A stretch of DNA of 64,000 nt from Callorhinchus milii (Eukaryota). The notes under the pieces are model-generated. The model worked only from the letters and a program-made list of their open reading frames with translations, had not been told where the DNA came from and did no database searches. The stretch covers positions 12,712,001 to 12,776,000 of the forward strand of contig NW_024704743.1 in assembly GCF_018977255.1 (NCBI RefSeq). The letters are read 5' to 3'. Made by a program: the position numbers and the translations under genes. Of the stretch, positions 13,246 to 24,883 are shown piece after piece (within the stretch, counting starts at the first letter, position 1; the number at the start of each line of letters is the position of its first letter).

Positions 13246-14197
13246 CCCCTTTTCAATGGAGTCAAATATGATTATGACCAGGACCAAAAACGAGAAGAAT
13301 TTGACTTTGACAGCTGGGAATCTGACTCACACTCAAAAATCTCTTGCCACTCGTGTAAAGAGTCTCTAATTCCAGCTGCTGAAGTGGAAAATCTCTCCCT
13401 ATGCTTGGAGAACACCCAAGCTGACAGTAACCAAACGTAAACTGCATACAGTACTGCTGAAATTGGATCAGCTAAATCTGTGCAGTTTACCAATATGTGG
13501 CACTGGTAAGCTTGCTGCTGTTTATCCAGATAAAATTAATTTACTCATTAAGTTGTTGGCTCACATGGGTATCAGTGAAATAACTACTTCTCCAGATCCC
13601 AATGATGTGAGTTTGGAAGCTGGATTCATCAGTGCTCTGGAGGGCTGGGTACCAACCTGACTCACAGGTCACCGAATCTATCACAGAGCTCCACTGATTG
13701 AGCTTCACTCCCCCTTTGCCAGGCATATCACAATGGGACCATCTCAACTACTGAGAAAACTTGCTTACCTCTCCCTCCCTCACAAAGAATAGTGATAAGT
13801 TGGTCACTTGACAGCTGAAGAAGGCAATTAAACTCTCACCAGAAAGGTGGATGGTACCAGAAACTTCCTGGAGTAGTATTATGGAGAGTAACTACAAGCA
13901 AAGTCTATGAGTGATTTGTTACCATCCTGCAGACCACAGTCAAGACATCCACTGTAACTCATCAAACAATGATGCCTCCAGTTGGAGATGTGAATCTTCA
14001 GCAATAGGACTCTGTTGCATGGTTACATTCCTAGTACTCTATTCGTAGTCCTCTACTATTTCTTATTTATATGCTTCCCCTTGCTGTTGTTTTACCCAGT
14101 TTTCACAAGTGCCATGATGACATCAGCTCCACCTTGCCACTTCCAGAATTATTGCTGTAAGAAACAGGAGGTCCTGACGAGCCTCAATCACCTTCAC
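13246..14197 (-). pseudogene. Pseudo-exon(s) E11 (boundaries approximate)
   Basis: Acceptor gcttag|GTG at 14197; donors AG|GTAAGC at 13769 and GG|GTAATA at 13246. Frames VKVIEARQDLLFLTAIILEVARW and DPISAVLYAVYVWLL, with stops. Confidence 0.35.
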
Positions 14198-14355
14198 CTA
14201 AGCATCAATGTAACTGAAGTCCATTTAATATATTATATATACAGAGTATATATTGGAGAGCATGGGCTACGAGGAATGATACAGAAACTAGGCAGAGTAT
14301 AAAAGAATATGTTCCCTTTGAGATATCTTCTTTCAAGCTGAACCTAATTTCTCTA

Positions 14356-14568
14356 TTAAGAAAAAACAAAAACATGAGTTGCTGGGAACACTCAGCAGGT
14401 CATCGCTTCGGGTCCACGACCCTTCGTCAGAATAATGTTTTGGGTCGTGGACCCGAAATGTTGACTCACTTTCCTTTCTCCATAGCTGCTGCCTGACCTG
14501 CTGAGTGTTCCCAGCGACTTCTGTTTTTGTTTTCAGATTTCCAGCATCTGCTGTATTTTGTGTTTTGT
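14356..14568. mobile_element. Penelope-like element terminal remnant (inverted pair) with 12-bp TSD
   Basis: CTAATTTCTCTA at 14344-14355 and 14569-14580; inverted arms; hammerhead-like CTGACGAAGGGTCGTGGACCCGAAG on the minus strand at 14406-14430. Confidence 0.75.
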
Positions 14569-14804
14569 CTAATTTCTCTACTGTTGCTCACAATTCATCG
14601 CTCTCTAATAATCGGGATGAGCCTTATTGTTCTCATTTGGACTGACTCTATGGCTTTAATTGTCCCTATCCTCACAGTATATACTTTTAGGAGAAGAAAT
14701 TTCTCAAACCTAGACCGTCAGCAAGATTAGGCGTATGTTCTGATACAGGAATTTAGCCCACGTTCCTCAGCCTTCGTTCTTAATAGCAAACCCAGCTTTG
14801 TTAC

Positions 14805-15005
14805 CGTGTACTTTATTCTGAGACATGTGTGCTTTGCCCTCTGGGCACAATAATGTGTAATGAAGCTTCTTTGAGATCGCCAATCAATTTTTAAAACTCC
14901 ATGGAGTTGATTTGTTGCAGCCCAAATGATGCACTAATCTTGGGACACAGTGACAAATACTGATGTATAATGCACAAACAAACCCTTGACTATGAATGGT
15001 GCTGC
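14805..15005 (-). pseudogene. Pseudo-exon E10
   Basis: ttgcag|GC ... ACG|GTAACA. Phase-compatible with E9. QGFVCALYISICH resembles KIAA0825 AGLLVWNLIVIICR. One in-frame TGA. Confidence 0.5.
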
Positions 15006-16504
15006 CTGCAATTAGAGTACTGTGTATCAAACAAAAACATTACTGGAGAGAAAGGATACTTATAAATCCCAAATATTTTCTGACAATCTTCTGTATATTC
15101 TAATAGTTTCAGTATTACTTTCACAATTTACAAAATAATAAAGAAAATTACTCCTTTACTTTTTAAACTATTCATGTTATTTCAGCACATAAGTGGTTAG
15201 CTCCTTGCTGAGTTTGCAAATTTCAGGATTCAGGTATTAGGATAACATATCTATGGGTGAATCATGAAACACTGCATGCACCCATCGATCCTAACTGTCT
15301 ACTACTTGCACTCAGTGTTAGCGATCTGTTGTAATGTGGTCAGGCAGACAAGCACAAGAACATAAGAAATGCTAGACAAAAAAAGTTCCATCTAGTTCAC
15401 CTTCCACCTTCCTGGCGGTCACATGCACATATGTCCCGAACTACCAATGTACTATATTCCATAATGTTATTTCCAAAAAGAAAACTATCTGATCTGTCAT
15501 CAACAGAATCAACATTTCCTGCTTCAACTGTCTCCCTTGGGAGCCTGTTCCACAGGTTCACTATTCGCTCTGAAATAGTGTTTGAATAGATTTGTTCTGA
15601 ATTTACCACCCTTTAATCGCAGGCTGTGTCCTTTGGTTTTACTATTCTGGACAAGTTGAAACAGCCTGCCATGATCTACATTGTCTTGCCCATTTAGAAT
15701 CTTAAAGACACCAATCATACCTCCTCTCAATCTTCTCTTTTCCAGCGTGAACATGCCCAATTTATTTATTCTCGCCTCATAGACCAGTCCCTCCATTCCT
15801 TCAATCATTCCACTTGCCTTCCTTGGATCCTCTTGATTTCTCTTGTGTCCTTTTTGTACTGCGGTGACCAGAACTTTAGTAAGGTCTCACCAAAATGAGT
15901 TATACAGTGGCAGGATTACCCCACTACATCCTAACATCTGGTTTGCTTTACTCACTGCCACAGAGCATTGTTGTGAGAGCTTCAAATTATTGTCAATCAG
16001 GACCCCCAGGACCTTTTTCATTTTCCATACATATTATTTTCGTTCCGTTCAAATAATAGACCCTTCCAGGATTTTTTGTCTCCTTGTGAAGTACTTTACA
16101 TTTCTCCACGTTGAATTTCATCTGCTACCAATCTTCCCAATTCCCAAGTAAGTTTTTACTCCTCCCGTAACTTATCTTGTTCACATTTGCAATCTACCAC
16201 CTTCATCAGCATGGTGTCATCTGCAAACTTAGTCACTGTGCTTGCAATCCTAGTTCCAGATCATTTATAAACATATTAAACAAAAGAGGTCCCAAAACAG
16301 ACCGTTGTGGAACTCCACTGATAACATTTTCCCAGTCTGATGACATTCCCTGTACCACCATCCTCTAGGTGCTTCTGGTCAACCAGTTACTTATCCATTG
16401 TAACATACTTCCACTGATTCCCACCTTCTTTAATTTCAGTACCAGTCTCTCAAGAGGAACTGTATCAAAGGGCTGACTAAGATCCAGAGAGACAACATTG
16501 TGTA

Positions 16505-16880
16505 GTGGAGTCCTGTAGCTCAGTGGTTAGAGCACTTGCCTCGCAAGCGAGAGACCTGGGTTTGATGACCGGCAAGGCGAAATGTTGGACAAGTTTCCAT
16601 ACTCCACACGCCTGTTTACCTAGCAGTAAGTAGGAACCCGGTTGTTAGTCGATTGGCGGATCGCTTTTCCGGGAGTAATAATTCCTTGAAAATATAATAA
16701 TAATAATAAATTGATCACTCCAATCCACGACTGTTTGTGGGATACTGCTGTGCACAATTGGCTGCCGTATTTCGTCCACAAAATATACAGTCAATTCACT
16801 TTACAGTATATTCTGTGAAGCATGTTGAGATGTCTCAAAGACATCATAAGGCGCTATATCAAATACAAGTATTATTATTA
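16505..16880 (+). mobile_element. tRNA-derived Deu-SINE, long form
   Basis: tRNA-like head, middle segment GTTTACCTAGCAGTAAGTAGGAACCCGG, Deu core, (ATT)n tail. Confidence 0.9.
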
Positions 16881-16945
16881 TCCACAGTCTTACCTACATC
16901 AAGCTCCCTTGTCACGCCGTCAAAGAAAAATGGTAAATTGGATTT

Positions 16946-17275
16946 GTGGAGTCCTGTAGCTCAGTGGTTAGAGCACTTGCTTTGCAAGCAAGACACCTGG
17001 GTTCAATTCCAGGCAGGGCGAAACCTTGGGCAAGTTTCCTTACTCCACACGCCTAATAATAATCCTCCAAAAACCCAAAACAATAATAAATTGGTCATTT
17101 TCAATCTACGACTGTTTGTGGGACATTGCTGTGCGCAATTGGCTGCCGCGTTCGCCCACAAATATACAGTCAATTCACTTTACAGTATATTCTGTGAAGC
17201 GCTTTGGGACGTCCTCCCGACGTGAAAAGCGCTATATCAAATGCAAGGATTATTATTATTATTATTATTATTATT
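16946..17275 (+). mobile_element. tRNA-derived Deu-SINE, short and young form
   Basis: Intact A/B boxes, L2-type tail GGGACGTCCTCCCGACGTG, long (ATT)n, flanking TGGTAA duplication. Confidence 0.92.
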
Positions 17276-18057
17276 GGTAAGATCTCCCCTTCATGACCCT
17301 ATATTGGCTATCATTTATGACTTCATTTCTGTCCAGGTGCTCTGTGATTTTATCCTTAATTTCTCCATAATTTTATCCACAATGGACATCAAACTTACTG
17401 GTCTGTAGTTTCCTGGGTCACTTTTTTTACCTTTCTATCTATAAGAGTAAGATCTGCCTTTCTCCAGTCCCCCGGCACCTCTCCAAGGATTCAATGATTT
17501 CTGAAAGATTTGTGCCAGCATTTCTGCAATGTCCTCCCTTAGTTCCTTAAGGATCCTTGGATACAATGTAACTGGCCCCTGAGATTTATTTACCTTAAGT
17601 TTGCATAGCTGTTTGGTAACTATGCTGGTAGTTATATGAATAGTGTCACAACTTCCCTCTGTGACAAGCAGCAGTGTTTTAAGAGTTATTTATGGTTGTT
17701 GTGCTTCAAAGTAGACATTTCTGTAGGAAATATATTTGTGCAATGCATTGAATTTCCAATAAAGTGCTTCACAAATTCCAAGCAGGAGGTTTATTGTATT
17801 TAAACTTGTTATTCCTGTATGCTGAACTACTGATCTGAGAAAAGGGGTAATCAAGGGGCAATTCTGTACCTATAACAGATACCACATGAATGTTTGTACA
17901 GTAGATATGACACAGGTGTGAATGTGTGTACAGTACAGATACCACACTGGTGTGAAAGTATACTTAAGAGGTTGTCAGATGTTGCATTTTTTTGCTGTAT
18001 TGAGTGCTTGTAGGTGATTGACAAATGTAAGTAATACCAACTTTAACATTGTGTTAC

Positions 18058-18329
18058 CTTTAACTGGAGCTGGAAACAGTGGGGTAGGGTTATCGGTGAT
18101 CTCACCAGAGAGCCCAGAACAACAATACTGTGTTTGCTTCTGTGCTTCTAAACCAACTTTGTGGCAACAGCTAACACCACTGGTCAGAGGAAAGGTAAGC
18201 TCAAAGGATTCAACAGTTACACAAGAAATAAAATCAGCAGATGGCAGATAGTAAACTGCTGCCAAAAGTACTTGAATCCAAGGACTTGAAAATGTTTCTA
18301 TTCTAGGTTTGTCTGTGGGCTGTTGGCAC
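18058..18329 (-). pseudogene. Exon E9 (272 nt, fully open frame)
   Basis: tttcaattacag|G ... AAG|GTAACA. Translation CQQPTDKPRIETFSSPWIQVLLAAVYYLP...TPLFPAPVK; FPAPVK resembles KIAA0825 LPPPVK. Confidence 0.6.
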
Positions 18330-18988
18330 CTGTAATTGAAATATGAAGTAACTCAACCTTCACGCAACCATCTTGCTGAAGAAAAGACCATTGTGGAGGG
18401 TGAATGGATGGTTTACTCTCTGGTTATTTGAGAAGATTTCACACACACTGTAGTTAGTGTATGATAATTGGCAGAAACTACAATACAAGCAATAGGCTAT
18501 GGCTCGGGGGAGGGGGAAGAAGAAATTAAGGCAATACCCATTGTACTGTTGACTATTACATCCCACAAACCAACATGATTCAAGGATGATCACTGTATAG
18601 GACAGATGTTATAATAAATAACCCAGAGAAAATGTTCAACAAACACCAGTCATACAATGTTCACTTACAAATACCCGGGCACTACACTTCACAGTGAAGA
18701 CCTGAGATGCTTTGATTACATGATAAGGCTCTATATTGAATGCAAGGGTTATTTTAATTTTTAAAATACTGTTAAAATAGTAGGTTAGAGACCCTCCAGG
18801 GGCTACAGTTTACAATGAGACGTCTCACCTCAAGGGTGAATCAAAGATGGTGGGGTTTCAGGTCTGAAATGAGACCACTTCTGAGAGTGATGCACTGCCA
18901 TCCAGTGGCCTTTACACTAGCATAATTTAAACACAAGTTGTTGCACCACATTATAATGCACTTTGGTATAACACAGGTTCGTTTATAG

Positions 18989-19217
18989 CAGCGATGGCAA
19001 ACTTGTGGTCCGCGAGCCGGAAGTGACCTGCGGAGCAGTCAAGAAGTGCCCCCCACTCCCCCGAACATTGCACGGGTCTAGGTAAGTCAGTGTTCAATCT
19101 GTGGTGTGTTTTCAGATTTTTCTAGATTGAATATTTCTTGATTAATGGGATCAATCAAGAAATATTCAAACAGGAAAATGTATCTTGTTGGTCGACCATA
19201 AAGGTTGGCCACCACTG
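18989..19217. mobile_element. Non-autonomous hAT MITE (229 bp)
   Basis: TIRs CAGCGATGGCAAAC / GTTGGCCACCACTG; 8-bp TSD GTTTATAG/GTTTATGG; internal hairpin at ~19127-19170. Confidence 0.8.
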
Positions 19218-19444
19218 GTTTATGGCATGGGTTCACTGTGGATCTACAGTGTTACTGAAGTGCGGTAAACATTTGGTACATAGCACTCCAGCGTAAAGGT
19301 CTCTCAGCAATTGCTGAAAAAGTTCAGTAATGTTATCTGCCTTTGCAGACCCACAAGTTGTGGTGAATTTATATAAATCGTATGTTAGACATTATGTCAA
19401 GTATCAGTCACCGCCCACCCTCCCTTTAGAAAAGACATCAAGAG

Positions 19445-19878
19445 GCGGTCCAGAGATTTACTAGGATGATACCGAAGATGAGTGGTTTGGCCGGTAAGGG
19501 CAGACTGGAGGAACTAGGTCTTTTTCTGCTGTAACAAAGAAGATTGAGGGGTGGCCTGATCGAGGTCTTTAAAATAATGAAGAGTTTGATAGAGACAATG
19601 GGGAGAAATTATTTCCATTGGTCGGTGAATCGGTGAATCAGTAACTAAAGGGCATCAATTTAAGATTAGTTTGACATTGCCCTGCCAGGAGCGGTGGTTG
19701 AGGCAGAATCCATATTAGCCTTGAAGAGGGAACTAGACAAATACCTTGAAAAAGAGTCAGATACAGAGGTATAAAGAAAGAGCAGGTAAATAAGATTGAA
19801 AGGTTTGCTCTTGAGGGAGCTGGCACAGACACGATGGGCTAAATGGCCTTCTTCTGTGCTGTAAATGCTAATGGTTCT
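19445..19878 (+). mobile_element. CR1-clade LINE 3' fragment
   Basis: VQR.FTRMIP...RRLRGGLIEVFKIM remnant and CR1-type 3' UTR. Confidence 0.8.
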
Positions 19879-20040
19879 AAGTCAGCTGCTGTATAACAGG
19901 GACCAATACAACAAAGGTTCTGATTTTAAGGGCTAAATGACTGTATTGTGATAGGGTCTGACTACGATGCTCGATTTTAACCCACAGTTATTAACTATGA
20001 TGTAACTATAAAATGAAGAGGCAAAGCCCATTGTGACCAT

Positions 20041-20372
20041 TTGCAAGCGAGAGGACCTGGGATCGATTCCCAGCAGGGTGAAATATTGGGCAAGCTTCCT
20101 TACTCCACATGCTTCTATTTACCAATAAGTAGGAACCTGGTTGTTAGTTGATTGGCGGATCGCCTTTCCGGGGATAATAATCCCTCCAAAAAAATAATAA
20201 TTTTGCCACTCATTCACGACTGTTTGTGGGACACTGCTGTGTGCAATTGGCTACTGTGTTTCGCCCACAAAATATATAGTCAATTAATTTTACAGTATAT
20301 TCTGTGAAGCACCAATAGATGTCTCGAAGATGTGACAAGGCGCAATATCAAATGCAAGGATTATTATTATTA
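20041..20372 (+). mobile_element. Deu-SINE long form, 5'-truncated
   Basis: Same body and tail as 16505-16880. Confidence 0.88.
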
Positions 20373-20505
20373 TGCCGTCTAACAAGTTGTCACTTTAAAG
20401 TTTGAAGTATTTTGGGTGTCAGCACCTTCGCCTCAAATGTTATCAGGTCCCATGCTGGGACTTGACCTCATAGTCTAGGGTTGACGTGTCTGTGCACAAC
20501 TTCAT

Positions 20506-21133
20506 TAGCTCAGTGGTTAGAGCATTTGCCTTGCAAGGGAGAGACCTAGGTTTGATTCCTGGTAGGGCAAAACCTTGGGCAAATTTTCTTACTCCACACG
20601 TCTAATAATAATCCCTCAAGAAAAAACACGATATAATTTGTCACTTCAATCGACGACTGTTTAATAATAATAATAATAATCCTTGCATTTGATATAGCGC
20701 TTTTCACGTCGGGAGGACGTCCCAAAGTGCTTCACAGAACACACTGTAAAGTGAATTGACTGTATATTTGTGGGCAAACGCGGCAGCCAATTGCGCACAG
20801 CAAATGGCCCACAAACAGTCATGGATTGAAAATGACCAATTTATCATTATTTTTGGTTTTGGAGGGATTATTATTAGGCGTGTGGAGTAAGGAAACGTGC
20901 CCAAGGTTTTTGCTCTCTGCCTGGAATTGAACTCAGGTCTCTCGCTTGCAAAGCGAGTGCTCTAACCACTGAGCTACAGGACTCCACAACCCTAGTGTTT
21001 GTGAGACACTACTGTGCGCAATTGGCTGCCGTGTTTCTCCCACAAATATACAGTCAATTTACTTTACAGTATATTCTGTGAAGCACTTTGAGATGTCTAG
21101 AAGACGTGATAAGGCGCTTTATCAAATGCAAGG

Positions 21134-21183
<50 letters not shown>
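20506..21183 (+). mobile_element. Deu-SINE split by an antisense SINE insertion
   Basis: Head at 20506-20662; body resumes at 20996 and runs to the (ATT)n tail at 21183. Confidence 0.88.
20663..20987 (-). mobile_element. Young Deu-SINE nested antisense in another copy
   Basis: Full head-to-tail copy; TGTTT duplicated at 20658-20662 and 20996-21000. Confidence 0.9.
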
Positions 21184-21186
<3 letters not shown>

Positions 21187-21558
21187 CTATCTTTTGGACC
21201 CATGATACTATTGAAAATGAGAAGATAGTTCTTTTTTCATTGTGCTGGCTAATCATCTTCTTCATACATTTGATTACAAGAATAATAATAATCTTTGAAT
21301 TTGATATAGCGCCTTATCCTGTTGAAAGGATCTCTCAAAGTACTTCACAGGATTTACTGTGTAATAGAGTAACTGTAGGCAAACAATGCTAAAAATAATT
21401 GTGCACAGCAATGTCTCACAAATAGCTATGAAACAAGCCTACAAAAGATGTCCTTACACTTGACAGTAATTATCTGTGGGCACTTTGAGACATTTCAACA
21501 TGATAAATCACTATAAAAAAGTAAGTTCTTTCTTGAATATATATATATATATATATAA

Positions 21559-22894
21559 AATGGGGAACTATAGATCAGTTAGTCTGACATCAGTGGTCGG
21601 GAAAATTCTTGAGTCCTTAATTAAGGATGTCGTTATGGTATTCCTGGAAGACCATAACAAGATTAGGCAGAGACAACATGGCTTTACAAAAGGGAAGTCA
21701 TGCTTAACTAATCTTTTAGAGTTTTTTGAAGATGTATCTAGCAGGTTAGATAGGGGGGAACCAGTAGATGTAGTATATTTAGATTTTAAAAAGGCATTTG
21801 ACAAAGTGCCACACAAAAGACAAGGTTAAGGCCCACGGGATTAATGGGAACATATTAGCATGGATTGAAGATGGCTAAAGGGTAGAAAACAGAGAGTAGG
21901 GATAAACGGATCATTCTCGAATTGGCAGGATGTGACTAGTGCAGTGCCACAAGGATCAGTGTTTGGGCCTCAGCTATTTACAATTTACATCAATGATCTA
22001 GACGAGGACATTGAATGTAACCTATCTAAATTCACAGATGACACTAAACTAGGTGGGAGAGTAAGCTCTGAGGATGATGCAAAAAGATTGCAATGGGATA
22101 TAGATAGGCTAGGGGAGTGGGCGAGTAGGTGGCAGATGGAATTTAATGTGGGGAAGTGTGAAGTTATTCACCTAGGTAGAAAAAATAGAAATACAGCTTA
22201 TTTTCTAGATGGGGAGAGATTAGATAGTGTTAGTGTTCAGAGGGATTTGGGTGTCCTTGTACACCAGTCTCAAAAAGTTAGTTTGCAGGTGCAGCAAGCA
22301 ACTAAGAAGGCGAACGGCATGTTAGCGTTCATTGCAAAAGGTTTAGAGTACAAGAGTAGGGAAGTCTTGCTGCAACTGTATAGGGCCTTGGTGAGACCGC
22401 ACCTGGAGTATTGTGTGCAGTTTTGGTCTCCTTATTTAAAAAAGGACATACTTGCCCTGGAGGGGGTGCAGCGTAGATTCACTCGGTTAGTTCCTGGGAT
22501 GAGGGGACTGACCTATGAGGATAGGCTGAATAAACTAGGGCTATATTCTCTAGAGTACAGAAGAATTAGGGGAGATCTTATTGAAACATATAAGATTCTT
22601 AAAAGGCTGGATAAAGTAGACACTGAGGGACTGTTTCACCTGGTAGGAGAATCTATAATCAGGGGTCACAGTCTTAAAATTATGGGTCAGCCTTTTAGAA
22701 CAGAGTTGAGGAAACATTTCTTCACTCAGAAGGTAGTGAATTTATGGAATTCACTAAACAGAGGGATTAGGGGATATGGGGATAGGGCAGGTAATTAGAG
22801 TTAGGTCAGAAGATCAGCCATGATCTTATCGAATGGCGGGGCAGGCTCGAGGGGCCGAATGGCCTACTCCTGCTCCTGATTCTTATGTTCTTAT
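21559..22894 (+). mobile_element. CR1-clade LINE, 5'-truncated RT region plus 3' UTR, frameshifted
   Basis: GNYRSVSLTSVVGK, HGFTKGKSCLTNL, LDFKKAFDKVPH, VPQGSV.GPQLF, KFTDDTKL, LVRPHLEYCVQFWSP. 3' end TTCTTATGTTCTTAT. Flanked by (TA)n on both sides. Confidence 0.95.
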
Positions 22895-22926
22895 ATATAT
22901 ATATGTATATATACATACGTGCTTAC

Positions 22927-23297
22927 CTAAAATTAAGTTATTTGACATGATCTGTGTTTGTTATTTCTTCACTTCTAGGTAGTTTCTGCATGGCCTCTGA
23001 ATTAGCTGAGCTATTTGCTGCTCCTGGCAACAAAAAAGACTCTGGTGCAGTTCATGTTGAGATCCTGTTCGTATTGCACGATCAGCTGCCAAAGTCTTGG
23101 CAATTCACACAGTATTCAGCACACAACTTTCCAAACTCAAAGGTAGTGTTTTGTGTTTAGTCTGGATCATGCTGCTGCGCAATGGAAGTCTTGTGGAGTT
23201 ACAGTCCAGTGAACCATTTAGAAAGTCATTGAAGGCCACAGCTTTGAAGCTATCCTTCCATAGAGAATCAACAAATGTGTCCTCCATTTGAGAAACT
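22927..23297 (-). pseudogene. Pseudo-exon E8
   Basis: tttagcattcag|A ... TTAG|GTAAGC. Frame VSQMEDTFVDSLWKDSFKAVAFNDFL...LESCVLNTV* followed by disrupted frames. Confidence 0.55.
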
Positions 23298-24039
23298 CTG
23301 AATGCTAAATACAATATATCCTAGCCTTCAGATCCTGTGCACACTGTTTTTAGAATAATGCTACCTCACCAAAAAGCTGTTTGCAAAGAGTTAATCACAG
23401 TAAACTTTACGTGTGAATGTTTATGGTGGTGGGGAGGATGGGGACAGAAAGATTATCAGGTTAAAAGAACAACCTCAGCTCAATGTTCCAGGCTTCCAGC
23501 ACTGGCTGTTTAATAAGGGTTTCATTGCATTAAATATCTTGTTACAGTTCTGTGTTGCTGTACTTTCCTGATGAACTACAAATTATTTTTATTCAACCGG
23601 GACCAATGGCATTATACTAGTTAATGTCAGTGTTAACCTAGACTGTGATGAGTCTGATGCCCGTCACCTGCTGCATAAATGTGGACAGGACTGCTTAAAA
23701 AAATCACAATAATCCTCAATAAGTACTATTAAGGCTTATTAAGTTAACAATTCAATCCTTTGTTATGCAGTAAACCTGTACACTATCCATCCTGTGATTT
23801 GATCAGGTTACATTCCTGCCTCGTACACAACATTGGTAGCTTATGTCATAACCAGAATATTTATTTTTTAGTAACACTTTGGGCACACAAGGGGATTTAT
23901 TTTAACTAAAACACCCACTGTCATCGTGCCTTTTCTTTACTTTGAGAGGTTTGTTATATTAAAATTGCAGTGCAGTGCATTATTATTCAATGGATTTTTA
24001 ACTTTCTCTTTACTGTTTTGATGACGTCCTCATCACTTA

Positions 24040-24557
24040 TTAGGAGGGAGAGAGGGGAGGGTGAGAGGGAGGGGGGACAGAGAGAGGGAGAGAGGAGGGG
24101 GAGAGAGCAAGGACGGGTAGAAGGGGGAGAGAGGGGGGGAGAGATGGGGGAAAAGAGAGAGGGAAAAGACAGGGGGGGAAAGAGAGGAGGGAGAGAGAGG
24201 GAAGGGGAGAGGGGGGAGGGAGAGAGAGGGAAGGGGAGAGGGAGGGGGGAGAGGGAGGCAGAGAGAGGGGGGAGAGAGGGGGGTAAGAGGTAGGGGAGGG
24301 GGAGAGGGAGGCAGAGAGAGGGGGAGAGTGAGGGGGAGGAGAGAGGAGGAGGGAGAAAGATGGGGAGTGAGGGAGGAGAAAGAGAGAGGAGGAAGAGAGA
24401 GAGGGAGGGAGGGTGAGAGGGAAGGGAAGAGGGAGGGAGGGTGAGAGGGAGGGGAAGGGGGAGAGAGGGGGGGCGACAGAGAGTGAGAGAGAGAGGAGGT
24501 GGGAGAGAGAGAGGACGGGTAGAAGGGGGGGGAGAGGGCGGGTAGAAGGTGGGGAGA
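24040..24557. repeat. Polypurine (G/A) low-complexity tract
   Basis: Directly visible; nearly pyrimidine-free on the + strand. Confidence 0.92.
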
Positions 24558-24883
24558 ATGCTTCACAGAATACATTGCAAAGTGAATTGACTGTATATTT
24601 TGTGGGTGAAACACGATAGCCAATTGCACACGGCAGTTTCCCAAAAGTCATGGATTGCGTGACCAAATTATTATTTTTTAAAAAATATATATTTTTGTTT
24701 TGAAGGGTTTATTATCCACAGAAAAGTGATCTGCCAATCGAATAACACTTGGGTTCTTACTTACTGCTTGGTAAACAGTTGGAGTAAGGAAACTTGTTCA
24801 ACGTTTCACCCTGCCCGGGAACCAAACCTAGGTCCTCCCGCTTTTTAGGCGAGTGCTCTGACCACTAAGCTGCAAGACTCCAC
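24558..24883 (-). mobile_element. Deu-SINE long form, tail missing
   Basis: Homologous to the other copies; abuts the purine tract. Confidence 0.85.

Larger units (their letters stand above)
15355..17665 (-). mobile_element. Old CR1-clade LINE, interrupted by two SINEs
   Basis: LGMFTLEKRRLRGGMI.VFKIL...TKGHSLRL and FADD-type RT remnants; tail AAGAACATAAGAA at 15355. Confidence 0.88.

Noticed and set aside
16946..17020. tRNA-Ala-like cloverleaf with A/B boxes (also in other copies)
   Set aside because: It is the head of a SINE, continuous with the Deu core and L2 tail; copies vary in anticodon and stems.
23235..23275. DSLWKDSFKAV resembling KIAA0825 DFGWRSAFKEV
   Set aside because: Out of order relative to the other collinear motifs, so treated as coincidental and not counted as evidence.
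23970..24666. Pro/Ser/Leu- and Gly/Arg/Glu-rich ORFs (also at 42961-43830)
   Set aside because: Low-complexity purine/pyrimidine tracts that lack stops by composition.
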